Positions 42,201 through 55,345 of a stretch of DNA of 64,000 nucleotides are shown here, piece after piece. Positions within the stretch are counted from its first letter, which is position 1. The number at the start of each line of letters is the position of its first letter. The notes beneath the pieces were generated by a model. The model worked only from the letters and a program-made list of their open reading frames with translations. It was not told where the DNA came from and searched no databases. Both the position numbers and the translations under genes were made by a program. Source of the stretch: Octopus bimaculoides. Its lineage: Eukaryota. Where the stretch lies: positions 44,769,531-44,833,530 of the forward strand of contig NC_068993.1 of the NCBI RefSeq assembly GCF_001194135.2, written 5' to 3'.

Positions 42201-44984
42201 ATCTACTAAATCCACTCACAAAGCTTTGGCCAGCATGGGGCTACAGTAGAAGACACTTGCCCAAGGTGCCAATCATGTGGTTAAGAAACAAACGTCTTGC
42301 CATATAGCCAAACCAGCACCTTGTTATTGATATCTATCACAGAAATTATAATAAATTGCAGAATGCAAATATTAAAATTTCTATCATCTAATATCATGCA
42401 TAGTAATTTCTTTCTCTCTCACACACACACAAAAGAGAAAATGGGGGGGGGGGGGAAATGCTGATTTTTATTTTTGTACGCATTTGAAATTAAAAAATTA
42501 AGAGAAAGGCTAAATAGAAATAAATCTGGACAAACCTGTAGCAGCTGTTGTTTTACCAAAAGAAAAATTTCCAAATAGTGGTGATGATGTTGTCGTTGTA
42601 GTTCCAAAACCTCCAAGACCACTGGTAGTTGGCTGTTGCCCAAAGAAGCTTCCAGTTGTACCAGATCCTAGTGTATTAGTAGTTGGAGCTACAGTGCTCT
42701 GTGGTTTTGCACCAAGAAGCCAATTACTAGCAGTTGTTGTTGTTGCTGCTGGTGGTGGTGCTGCTGTTCCAGCAAATGACCCAAACCCTCCGGTAGACGC
42801 CGGGTTACCAAACCCTCCAGTAGAAGCTGGATTACCGAAAGAGAACCCAGTATTTGCAGTTGTCCCACTTGTAGCTGCTGCTGCTGTTGTAGCTGCAGGA
42901 GTTCCGAAACTAAAACCTCCGCCACTGGTTGTTCCGAAACCAGTTGTACCAGAGGAGCCTAAGGAAAATCCTGTTGGTGCTGGGTTAGAAGTTGGCGTGT
43001 TGAAAGAAAATCCTCCCATAGCTGGAGCCGGAGTTGCTGTTTGTCCACCCATGGAAAAACCTGTTGCAGTTGCTCCCTGGTTTGGGACCGTGGTAGTAGT
43101 GGCTGGTGATACACCAAAAGAAAACCCTGTACTAGGAGTAGCACCAAATCCACTTGAAGACGGTGTGGAAGAACCAAAGGAAAATCCACCAGTGGCAGCA
43201 GTTGTTTTGGCAGCGCTGCCAAAAGAGAAACCACCAGTTGCAGCTGTTGTCGTTTTGGTAGCACCGCCAAAAGAGAAACCACCAGTTGCAGGTGCAGCAT
43301 TGGTAGAACCTCCAAAGGAAAACCCACCTACAAAAAAATGAAAAGAAATATTTTAGGTTTTGAACATTATTTTGCCTTAAGATTTAAAAATACTTCCTTG
43401 TAATAAAAGTCTCAGTTTCTTAGGTGAGTACGTCTCAAAATAAATAGGGGAAAAATGTTCCAGCTATGATCATCCCACTGCTTACATTACAGGTATAGTG
43501 TATCAAGGACTATGTTATCTAATGAAAGTATCCTTTGAGACCAAGTAATGTGTTAATTTTTCTAAATGACTCAGAGAAGGAAAGCAATGCTCATGGACTT
43601 GTTCTTGTGTCTCTTTAGGATAAGAAGAGTAAAAGTTATCTTCACACTCAGGACTTGGCCAGGTGGTGCTTTTAAAACAGAATGATGGATTAAGTCTTCT
43701 ACACAAGAACAGCTGCAGTCTGTCTGCAAGACTTCTGCGCAGTCTCTGTTGACAAGCCTTGAGCTAATCTAAAGCTATATTAGAAGACACTTATCCAACA
43801 TGCCATGCAGCAGAATCAAACCTGGAATTATACAATTTCAAAACAAACTTTTTTTTTAACTATACAACTCTGCCAGCATCTAGGACATTTTCCATGAGCT
43901 TTAGCACTAACAGTGTATTATTTAAAGCAGATGGAAGACTGTTAGTTTGTTGTTTAGCCCTAGGTAAACCATGATTAATCTGTCCTGTGATCAAAGGCAT
44001 TCCAGTAATGGCAACCCCTTCCATTTTAGGGACGGCTAAGACTACATTATCTAATGTGTTCTTCCCTTTTTTTAAGGTAGCAGAGTGTGATTTGAAGCAG
44101 ATTTGGTTGCAATTTCTAAAACTCTTCGGTGCCTTTAGTGAAGCCCACTCTGTAGCAAATACTTAGATCAGGTTCCAGGTCTGAGAATAACTTCCTCTCA
44201 TTAGTGTGGAAGGTATATGAAAATGCTATGGCATTACTCGTCCGCCACAGCCAAACTCATATAACTTTTAATCAAAATTTTGATGTGGTGTAGTAAAATA
44301 TCTGTTATTTTATATATTGGTTGGTTTTTAACCACAAATCAACCCTGACTGAGTACACCGACAAAAGCATTCTCCCCATGAACAACATACCATATCTAAT
44401 TAAGGCTACATTATTCAATAATGTTCTGTTTTAAAGACAGTTGGATGTGATTTGGGAAGGATTTTCTTGCAATTTTAGCTATTTTCAGGAGGTTGAGCAA
44501 CTAATTAGTTTGATGAGTGAATCACAATATAGTCTTCTTTAAATATTGGTACCTCATACTGGCATTGATAAACTTAAATCTCATGCTATCATTCATGTTT
44601 TATATCTTTTATATTATGTTCAAGTCATTGACCATTTGTATAATTCCGAAATCTCAATTATTAATTCCTTAATCAATTTCTGACATCTACAAGAAATAAG
44701 AGGAAATAATAAAATTTTAATTACTTGTAGTTCCTTGGCTAGCACCACCGAATCCTGTGCTGGAAGATGAAAAAAAAAAAAAAAAATTTCATTTATTAAG
44801 TTGTACAAGGAAAACAAAAAAAAATTACTTAACAGAAGCTATTTAGCTTAAAATTTTTATTTAGATATAACATATATGCATTAATTCTAAGTAAAAATAT
44901 AACATTTAGCATTAATTATATGTAGAAAAATCATTAATAATAGTTGATATAAATATTGGTTAGTTGATTTCTTTAGCCATGTTT

Positions 44985-45028
<44 letters not shown>

Positions 45029-45605
45029 AAGAGAGAGTAAAAAGAGAAACATAGAGAGAATTAACAGAAGAGGTGTAGGATAAGTGCTTTAGGACTTTCT
45101 GAAATATAGTTTTTTTTCTTTTTTTAAATGAAATTTTGCAGAAATAGGTTTTTGATGGAGTAGATTTGATTTTGTCAATAAAATTTAGAAACATCATTAT
45201 TTAATGCCCATTTTTCATGCAGGCATTGGTTGGATGGTTTGACCAGAGCTGGTATGGTCAGAGGTTGCATTGGGCTCCATTGTCTGTTCTGGTATGGTTT
45301 CAGAGGTTGGTTGCCCTTTCTAACAACAACCACGCTACATAATTGCATATATTTATTGCAAATATGCAAATGAGAAATTTATTGTATTTAATTTGAAGGT
45401 AATAAATATTTTCTTTCCAATATCAATATTCAGTCATCATTTTGTACAAGCACCAAGAAATTTGATAAATGTTAAATCAAAATTATTGTATGTATGCCAT
45501 ATTTCCTGATACTGCCCATGTTAGCAAAAGTATACTCCCAGAATTGCTCATCAAATGACAGCCAATGCCCTAATATATATATATATATATATATANNNNN
45601 NNNNN

Positions 45606-45644
<39 letters not shown>

Positions 45645-48600
45645 TTAGCATGAATTCTATATACAAATATTTAGCAATACTTAGAATAATGCCAAGAGAG
45701 AACACGTGACATTGGCAATAGGATGATAAATTTCCAACAGCTATAGATACATTTACAGTCTAAGAGAACATGCATAGTTCTGAAAAAAAAAAACAAAATA
45801 AAGTTGAAAGAGACACAGGTCAAAATTACAATCCCATACTAGACTTTGTTTTTAGGGTTTACATTTACAACCCTCCCACTCCAAATTACTTTAAAGCAAT
45901 ACATATAGCATTTGCCACTGCAAAAAGTTTTAAAGAAGATAAGTGTTTCATTTTCTTCATAGTTTGCATATAATATTTCAAAATATAAAGAGGTTAGATT
46001 TCCAGCTGAATGATCAGAAATATATAACTAAGAGTTTCGGAATAATAAATCCTTCAGTTACAATGTCATCAAGAATAATCTTGGTGAATCACCAGACATA
46101 TATATAGATGTGAAAATATACAATGTGACAGCACACCTTTGATGCAAGTCTGATGAAGTGCCACTCTGATGTCTAAGTATTAAATATTATAAGCCCTAAT
46201 TTCAAACATGCTAACATCTGTTTATGTTTCCTGTCTCAAGTTTGGCATTTATAGTATTTAACATCAGTTAACCACTAAGAAGTAGTTAATTCAGTTCTTA
46301 ATATTTATTTTCATACCAAATAATTTTATGATACTGTAGAGAAGACTAGCCTAGTGATTCCAAACCCATGTTTCATTAAGCATACATGCACATGTTTGAT
46401 GATAATTCCCTTAAACATGACTAGTAATGATGGGCATCATTTTGCAGCAGGTGTTCAAGTTTACCAACCATGGAACTTCACATTATACACACATGCACAC
46501 GTGTCAGTGCATCGTTTGAAGCACCCAGTGCACTCTGTAAAGTGGTTTGCGTTAGTCAGGGCATCCAGCCATAGACACCAGGCCAAAATAGACAAAAGTA
46601 GCCCAGGAAGTTCTCCAGCTCACCAGCTCCTGTCAAACTGTCCAACCCATGCCAGTATGAAGAACAGACATTAAATGATGATGATTTTGATAGGATATAT
46701 GCTAATTCATTTTAACCCATGCCAATATGGGAAAAGTAAATGTTAAAAACATCACAATGATGTTGATATAAACACAGAAATACATATTATTACATACAAA
46801 TATTAAAACACAAAACATACACAGAAATTTTAGAGACTTTCTTGTTAACATTAAAACAAATGGCAGAGTGTTGTAAGGAATACCAACGCTCCAAACTAAA
46901 ATGCTCTGAAATCTCTAGTGGGATTAACTGCTCCCGAGTGGGTGCGGAATAGAGAGTCAACTTTGTATCTCCTTCCTATTCAAAATGTAAATATCAGTGA
47001 ATTAATAAAATATCACTCTCCTAATTTCCATTAAATCTATGTTAATGGATATTACTTACCAAAATATGATTTGAAGGAAAAGCTATGGAACCCAAATGAA
47101 ATAGTTGTTTAATGGGCAGTGTGTTAACACTTGTGCATATAATTATTTACTTTTCAGAGGGTGTCAGTCTGGGCACAAAATACGAGGTAATACATAAGAA
47201 AACTTTTCACTCACCTATCCCAACAAACAAATCTACATCTCTTCTCTTCGTCACATTTCTTCCTTCATACACTATACCTAGCTCTCACTCCCCAATCCTG
47301 TCCACACAGCCCTGTTCCTCTGTATCATTGCTATCTGGTAGCCCCCACCCCCAATTATATATACCCAGGTTTTTGCCACTCACCCCGCTCCGAACTATTT
47401 AATCACATTTCCTTTCCAATATCCTGCCACCTATATTATGGTGTTCAAACCTCAACGGTATGCCCTGGCACTTGCTACCATCTATATCTCTCTCTTCCTT
47501 TACTCAACCATCCCATTTATATTCTTATCCCCGTCATGCAGTAGCACACCTGTTTCTGTCTTCATTCCTCATCTCTCTCTCTCTCTTTCCCTCTGGCCAG
47601 GTAACCCTGTACTTTATCTACAGCAAGACACCTGTTTCTGTCTCTCTGTCTCACTATAACCTTTCATCATCCAACACAAGATCACCTCCTCCTCTAATGC
47701 CCTCACTCCACTTAAGTTTTTTTCTTTGTCTTGCAAGTACTTGGTGACCCTGTCAGTGTAGGTGCTACTCTAAAGCATCCAGTTCACACTGTAAAGTGGT
47801 TGGTGTTCAGAAGGGCATCCAGCCGTAAAAACCTTACCAAAAATGACCTCACCTGTGCTTGTGCCACATAAAAAGCACTAAGTCCACTCTGTTGAGTGGT
47901 TGGTGTTAGGAAGGGCATCCAGCTGTAAAAATCCTGCCAAAGCAGTCAAAGAAGTCTGGTGCAGGCTTCTGCCTGGCTGGCTCTTGTGAAATTGTCCTAT
48001 CCATGCTAGCATGCAAGGTAGACATTAAATGATATTCAATATAGGGCTTAGAAGTTTGAAATACAAAGTGGTATAAAGTTCATTTGCTTCAAGTATAATT
48101 AGAATATTATCAAAAGATAAATCACATACTATTTGGGATTGATTAAACCACTCACATCACCAAGTCATTAACATTAAATGATGAGTGATTTTGGAAAAAA
48201 ATCAAATTCTAACTCACTGCTGGAGATATTAATTACCATTATACAAGGAAATCAAAGAGAAAAAAATCCAGAGAAATTTACTCAATAAAACAAAAAATTA
48301 ACACCCAGGATACTTTAGATAAGTCAATCCAATTTCTATGACTAAAACGTCTGCTTTTGATTCCAGTTGACCTCAAGACAAGACAGAAAATGATGGAAGG
48401 CCGACAGGATTATTTTCCTGCTTTGTTTCAAATCTAAGAAAGAGAGAGACGAAAGTTTCTAACAACTACAAAGCCAGAAATTGGGCTGGGAAGGAGGGAT
48501 TAGTTGATAAAGATGACCCTCACTGCCACTGATGCTATTGTTCTGATTGACTCCAGATAGATGAAAGGCAAATTTGAGTTCAGATTATTTGAACACAGAA

Positions 48601-51600
48601 AGCAAAGAACCATAACTAAATACTACAAGCTATTTTGTCCAACAATCTAATTATCCTAACAATACACAATAGACCCTCTTGTTATACTTAGAAAATTGGC
48701 AATTAAAATTGCAAAGAACCAATGATTTGGTCTATACTAAACAAAATCCTATAATTGCTGGAGAAATCCCCTTCCCCCACCCAAAGAACCTGGGTGGTAG
48801 AACTAGCAACACAATTTCTGCAAGACCATTATCCAAACTGGGAGAGATGACTGTGCATCAGTCCCTAAGCCAATGCTCCACAACCTTTTTTCACTTGCAG
48901 TACACATATTTTTTTCAAAATTTGGCAGCACACTTGAATTAAAAATATAACTAAAAGTATAGGGAAAAATAATTATTTTCAGGTCACACTGCAGTACACC
49001 AAGCACCATCTCATAGCACGCCAGTGTGCTGTGGCATACAGGTTGTGGAGCACTACTCTAAACTTTCCAACCTTATAAACTGCGGACAATTCTTCTGGTT
49101 TGCTGATAAAAGAATATTTACCAGCTTTGTAGAATTTTCTTTTCCTGTGTTTCCCAATCAATGATGGTTCACTATCTCCATAGAGAAAGTTTCAACTTTT
49201 GCAGACAGCTTCACATGGAATGACATTTCATGTTGGTAAACTATTTTATTTTTAAAACATTTTCCAAACTAGACCTTCGAAATTTTTGATTATATTCATT
49301 CTAAATGTTTGGCATAAAAGTTTCACCTATTAAGTAGCTTGTAAGCTAGCCTATGTGGAGAGCTCCCATTGGGCCTTGAGCCCAATAACGCCACTTCATG
49401 CACTGAGTACATATTCAATATTATTAAACTTGACCAATATTTTTCAAACAATGAACAATTGTCAAAAACCATGATTGGGGGAGGGGGGTGTATAATTTTT
49501 TTTCTGTCTAACCACTTTCTCTCTTTCTGTTGATTGTTTTCAACCATCACCACCACAACTGCCATACACACACCATTCAGACTTCGTGTCACCAACCCTT
49601 ACTTGCTTCGATGCATAGTAATACTTCCTTGCGGACAGACATATTTTCAATGGAAGTCAATCAAATCCATTCACAGAGCTTCAGTCAAACCAGGGCAATA
49701 GTGGAAGACACTTAAGGTTACCTCAGTAGGATGGAAATTTGAATCTCGAGGCTCAAAAGTCCTAATAGCTTTTTGGAATATATGTAAAGGGCTTTGTCAA
49801 GCCCTAAAGAGCAAAGGAATAAGCAGAAGCTTTATAACGTCTGAATTAATTAAAAAAATTTAAGACTAAAAATGACAAGAAAAATGTGTGCAAAATGTTA
49901 ACATGCTAACAAACTGATTGACTGAACAAACAACCATTCACATCATCATAATTAAAATTTAATCCTTTTGTTAACATATTTCAATTAAAATCGGTTGCCT
50001 TTGTTTCAATTAGCTTTGTAAATAATGAAGAATTTAACATTTTCATTATTAAGCTGGTGATTACACCCTTTGTCCAAGGTGCTAACAATTCTACCAGCTT
50101 GCTACCTCTGTATTAACAAACATGATTACATACAATATGTAGTTAAATGTCATAAATGATATATGAAAGCAGCAGATCCATCAGGCGTAGTTGCTGGGAT
50201 GCTGAAAATATCTGGTGAGGTATGGTTTAAGCTAGTCAACCAGGCAATATAGGAAGGCGTCATGTGTCATATTGTGTGATAGGTATAGCAGTACAACTGT
50301 CAACTGCTACAAGTGCAAAGGAGAAGTGGTCACATTTTCTAAATTGCTGTAGGTGCTCAACTGTATAATTTTAACTTCTTTTGTTATCATATGTCTGTTA
50401 AAATATTCTGCCTTTGTTTCAATTAATTTTAAAACAATGATGAACTTAATAAAAAAGCTATGTGATTATCAAGCTGGTGTTCAGAACTTGGAATTTTGAT
50501 GGCAGTTTTTAATTTAGATCACTTTAAAACCGGAAGTTTATATCATAGAAACAAGGGTGGTCTCGGGTGGATTGTCAGACATGCTTTAGCTTTTGAAATG
50601 GTAAGTAGATTTTTGGATATCTGTTTGTAGAGTATTTCTATAGTTTTATACTGTTATGTGTTTCTACTTTACAACCTTCTAAGTTTTGTCTTATGCTTAA
50701 TTGCTTCTAACTTCTTTCATAATATAAAAAAAGCCACAATGGCATAGCTATAGCCTTCAAACCCAAACTTTCACAGGCTACAGTGCTAACAGATATCCTG
50801 ATGAGTCACACTGGCCATGCATATTGAGTGATTTCAATCAATATAAATATATGATTAGGAATTAGAGGTGAGTCAGTGAAACTGGGTTGAAGATTTTAAG
50901 TATAACTCTACAGCCTTGTATACATACATAGTTATATATTATCATCCTAATTTTACATTCACTTTTTAAGCTGGTATGGGTTACACAAGTTGTCATGGTG
51001 CAAGGCAGTTCTTACTCAAAGTTATTGCTCTCTTACAAGGGTTGAGTGATCACATCTAGCTTGTACATAACATCATTTTACCTCTTTCCTTCCTAACACC
51101 ACCTACTTTAGTGGGATGAAGCGTGCAGATGCAATTTTGGAATAGTTTACACAGGAGTGGTTGTGTACTAAATAGCTTGTTTACCAACCACATGGTTCCA
51201 GGTTCAGTCCCACTGGATGGCACCTTGGGCAAGTGTCTTCTACTATAGCCTCGGGCCGACCAAAGCTTTGTGAGTGGATTTGGTAGACGGAAACTGAAAG
51301 AAGCCCGTCGTGCACACACACACGTGTGTGTGTGTGTGTGTGTGTGTGTATGTTTGTTACCCCAACATCGCTTGACAACCGATGCTGGTAGGTTTACGTC
51401 CCTGTAACTTAGCGGTTTGGTAAAAGAGCCCGATGGAATAAGTACTAGGCTCACAAAGAATAAGTTCTGGGGGCGATTTATTCGACTAAAGGCGGTGCTC
51501 CATAATGACTGCAGTTAAATGACTGAAACATTAACTGAATAAAAGAATTTAAGTTGGGTTTTCTGTTTCTGCCGGGATTTTTTCAAACTTTTTTTGCACC

Positions 51601-54600
51601 ACGCATTTCAAAGTGATAAGGGGAAGCCTCTTCTGAAACAAATTTTTTAATCCGTGGTATTTTATAAACGCCCCCTCCCCCATCTCTCCATCACCTCATG
51701 GCAGTCATCATTGAAAAGTGATCACTCCTCCCCCCTCACCTCATTATATTCCCTATTCCGAAACATGTAATCCAAAGTTTTAGAGAGAGAGAGAGAAAAA
51801 AAATATGTATTTTAAACGTCACTCCGCCCGCCAGCAAAATCATTTTGTGCCATACTACTGTTGGAGATACCCTTTTTTAAAAATATAAACAAAGAGATAG
51901 ATAGACAGATATAAGGACACGTGTCTAGCACATGTCTACCAATATGGCTGTCTCACTTGGATAGCTATGACAAGAGATCTCCCCAGTTGCGGGTGGTCAG
52001 CTGCAGACACGAAAAGCTGGATAGCTATCTTTCTAACAAACTAGCTTGGTTGAAAGTTTGACTCATCCGTACGCCATGGCGTTTTCATAGCTTGTATGAA
52101 TGGGTAGATTAGTAGCGATACAGAATTGCATAGTACATTAGACGAAATTATTCGGTATAATTGTTACTGTTTACAAAACAGGGATCGAGTCAGTTGAATT
52201 AGTCTTACTAATCACAAGCTCGTTTATTACTTTATACAGTATTACTTACACAACACGTGTGTATTTCCCGAAGGTGTTCGATGTCTATAGACATGAAACG
52301 GTAGTTGTTCATGTAAACTACGATTTATTTGTTAAATGGGTGAATGTAGCATGCCGTTTCCATGTGATCCCTTCTGTTTTGCATTGGATGTCGTTACTTC
52401 CGTACATATTCGACAGACAGAGGCCTTCTTTTGGAAATTAATATATAGCCGATCCCTCATGGGTATAACTACAGATGTGTACCTCACCCCGACTTAGTTG
52501 CCTCATAACTTCCAGGAAAAAATGGATATTTTTTAATGAAAATTTCAACAAATACCGCTAAAGAATTTTTCTGAACGGTAGGGAGAGGAGTTTCGGAAAA
52601 TTCACACAATCCGACTTTTCCCCCCCTCATAACTTTCAGGAAAATGGGTATCTTTTAATGAAATTTCATACAAATACCTTTCAAACGGCACAGATTACCA
52701 TTATAAAGAAATTTTTGGAGAAAATTTAATTGAGAGGGTGGGGGGAGAGAAATTTCGAAGAAACAGATTTTCGGATTAGGAAGACCAAATAAGTTGGAAC
52801 TACTCCGTTTTGACGGTTTTTTTTAATCATTTTTTTTTATTTCACAACAGATAATGTGGGGAGGTATCTTCATATGAAAAAAAAAAGTTTTGAAATTTTC
52901 TCACCCCCACCCCATTCCAGACCGATTTTGGCCAATTTTTTTAACCATGGGAGGAGGCTTTTCGATTAAAAAAAAAAAAAAAAGGTAAATATTTTCAGAA
53001 GAAAAGGTGTACAATTCAAGGGAGATTTGGCTGTCGTTTCTAGCACACATACACACACCCCTTTTCACCTCTCACATGTATTGCTTTTTTTTCAATATTT
53101 TTCTATTAAACACATTTTATGGAATGATAACACACGTGTGGTCCATTAGTGGAATATTAGCCACAAAAATTATTTAAATTTTTACCCCCCACCTCAATCA
53201 AGCGAAGCCGTGTTTGAAAGAAAGAACATTAACAAACCGACACAACTGCCAAATCTCCCAGTGTTTAAACCAGCAATATCCGGCCCGAATATTCTACTCA
53301 TTTTAAGCTCAAACTGGCCAGAACCAGTATTTCACACCTACTCTGCAATGTCATTCTAAAAATAAACAATTACATCTTTCAAATCTTGAAGCTACAAGAT
53401 AATACCAGATTAATTTTTAAAAATGTAAATGAATAAGGATTACTTTTGACATATTAATTTGAACGCTTACTTTTCCCTCTGAAAATATTAATTTTTTAAT
53501 ATTTTTTTTTTTTTTACCATGGTTTTGATAAAAATAGACCAAAATCNNNNNNNNNNNNNNNNNNNNNNNNNNNNNNNNNNNNNNNNNNNNNNNNNNNNNN
53601 NNNNNNNNNNNNNNNNNNNNNNNNNNNNNNNNNNNNNNNNNNNNNNNNNNNNNNNNNNNNNNNNNNNNAAAAAAAAAAGAAGGGAAAAATCCATCAAAAC
53701 GGATTAGTTCCAACTTGGTGTTTCTGATCCGAAACTCCGCTTTTTTTTTCGAAACTTCTTTCCCCACAAATTTCTTTATAATCATAATCTATGCCGTTCG
53801 AAAGGTATTTGAATAAAATTTTATCAAAAGATATCCATAAGTTATGGAAGAAAAACGATGAAGCGTGTGAATTTTCCGAAACTCATCTCCCTAACCCCTC
53901 GGAAAAATTCTTTCCCATAAATCCCTATATACCCTGAATCTACAGCATCTAAGCAGTATTTGTTGAAAATTTGTGCCCCCAGGGGCAGGTATACCTATGT
54001 TATGATTGTAACGGAGATTATTTGCAGAAACATTGATGAATGTTTCCAAGGAAGTGGTGTCCGTGGCAGAGTGAAATCAGAGTTTTACGCATGTCTCACA
54101 ATATGGCTGTGGCGATACGAGGTCTAACTGGTTGTCGATGGTCAGTTGGCATCTCAATAACGCCGACACCATGTCGAAGATGATACGAGGTAGAAACAGG
54201 TTTACTAACGACGTTTGTAACTGCCTGGTGGCGAAACCAGCCTCCAGGGTGACCAAGGGTTCAATTATATCCTTATTAGTTTCGTAAAAATGGCAACATT
54301 GTAAAGCATTCACAGGAATGTTTCAATTCAGATTTAACATCTGCAATGTGTTAAAATCCATTCAATGCGCATGTATAGTGCATATGTGGATCACATGCAA
54401 GAGTACATTGACCACACTTGAACTGCTAACAAGTCGCACAATTTTCCGTTTCTCATGAATTTTTTTTGCACAGGATTTCAAACTGTTTGGATGTAGTTAA
54501 AAAATATGAAGCTAGAATTGTTATTTTTTAAACGTTTGAGATTTTCACGTTTAAAAGAAGTTAAAATATAACATGGTTCCAGAAACAGGAAAAATTAGAA

Positions 54601-55302
54601 TTCAATATACAAAACCTTGAGTGTGAAGTATATCTGCTACGAAGTAACAAGAGTGACTTAAAAGCCTAGATTTTCATGCCAAGGCATTTTACCGAATTCT
54701 ATATTTCATAACAAACATACACTTTTATAAAGTTATAAAACAGTAAATAGATCTTTAATAATTTTCCCGCTCTGAAAAATATATAGTCACATATTGTATT
54801 TCATAGAAATAAATAAGAGTTTCTTCCCTTCTTAAATATAACGAATTCATCTATATAAGAAATTTTTTACCTCATTATTTACGAACAAATAAAACACGGA
54901 TTTGTTATCAAATGAACTTTATAGACTAATTGAATGAAAATAAAATGGCAATTAACTGGGACTAATAGATTCTTTTTATGCTAATAAATACAAACACAGA
55001 GCTTATATGAAGAAAAACACATCGTAATGATGAGTTCAACTTCTATACATTTGGTTCCTTAATGTAGGCCATAATAAAGACCGATTCTATGTGACGAGCT
55101 TTTGTTTTATATCCGTAAATTATGAGGGTTTTTCATTTGAAATCATTGAGTGCATTTCATATATATATATAGTCTTAGGGAAAAGAACCAAGGTTCATGA
55201 ACTCATCGATGAAAATCCATTGTCACATATAGAGAAAAATTAATAATTAAAAGCACAATAAATGAGTATAATATAATACAAAGTAAATATCATAAAATAA
55301 AG

Positions 55303-55345
<43 letters not shown>

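Noticed and set aside
42694-43341. Plus-strand 215-aa ORF (KEKPPVAA repeats)
   Set aside because: Antisense shadow of the low-complexity FG exon 3.
51152-51230. tRNA gene
   Set aside because: The A/B-box-like sequence is the head of a multi-copy SINE and has no cloverleaf.
54077-54313. Possible Helitron helicase remnant (IIEPLV...LFLPRII)
   Set aside because: Only a vague motif echo; no following QFP/AMTINKSQG motifs.
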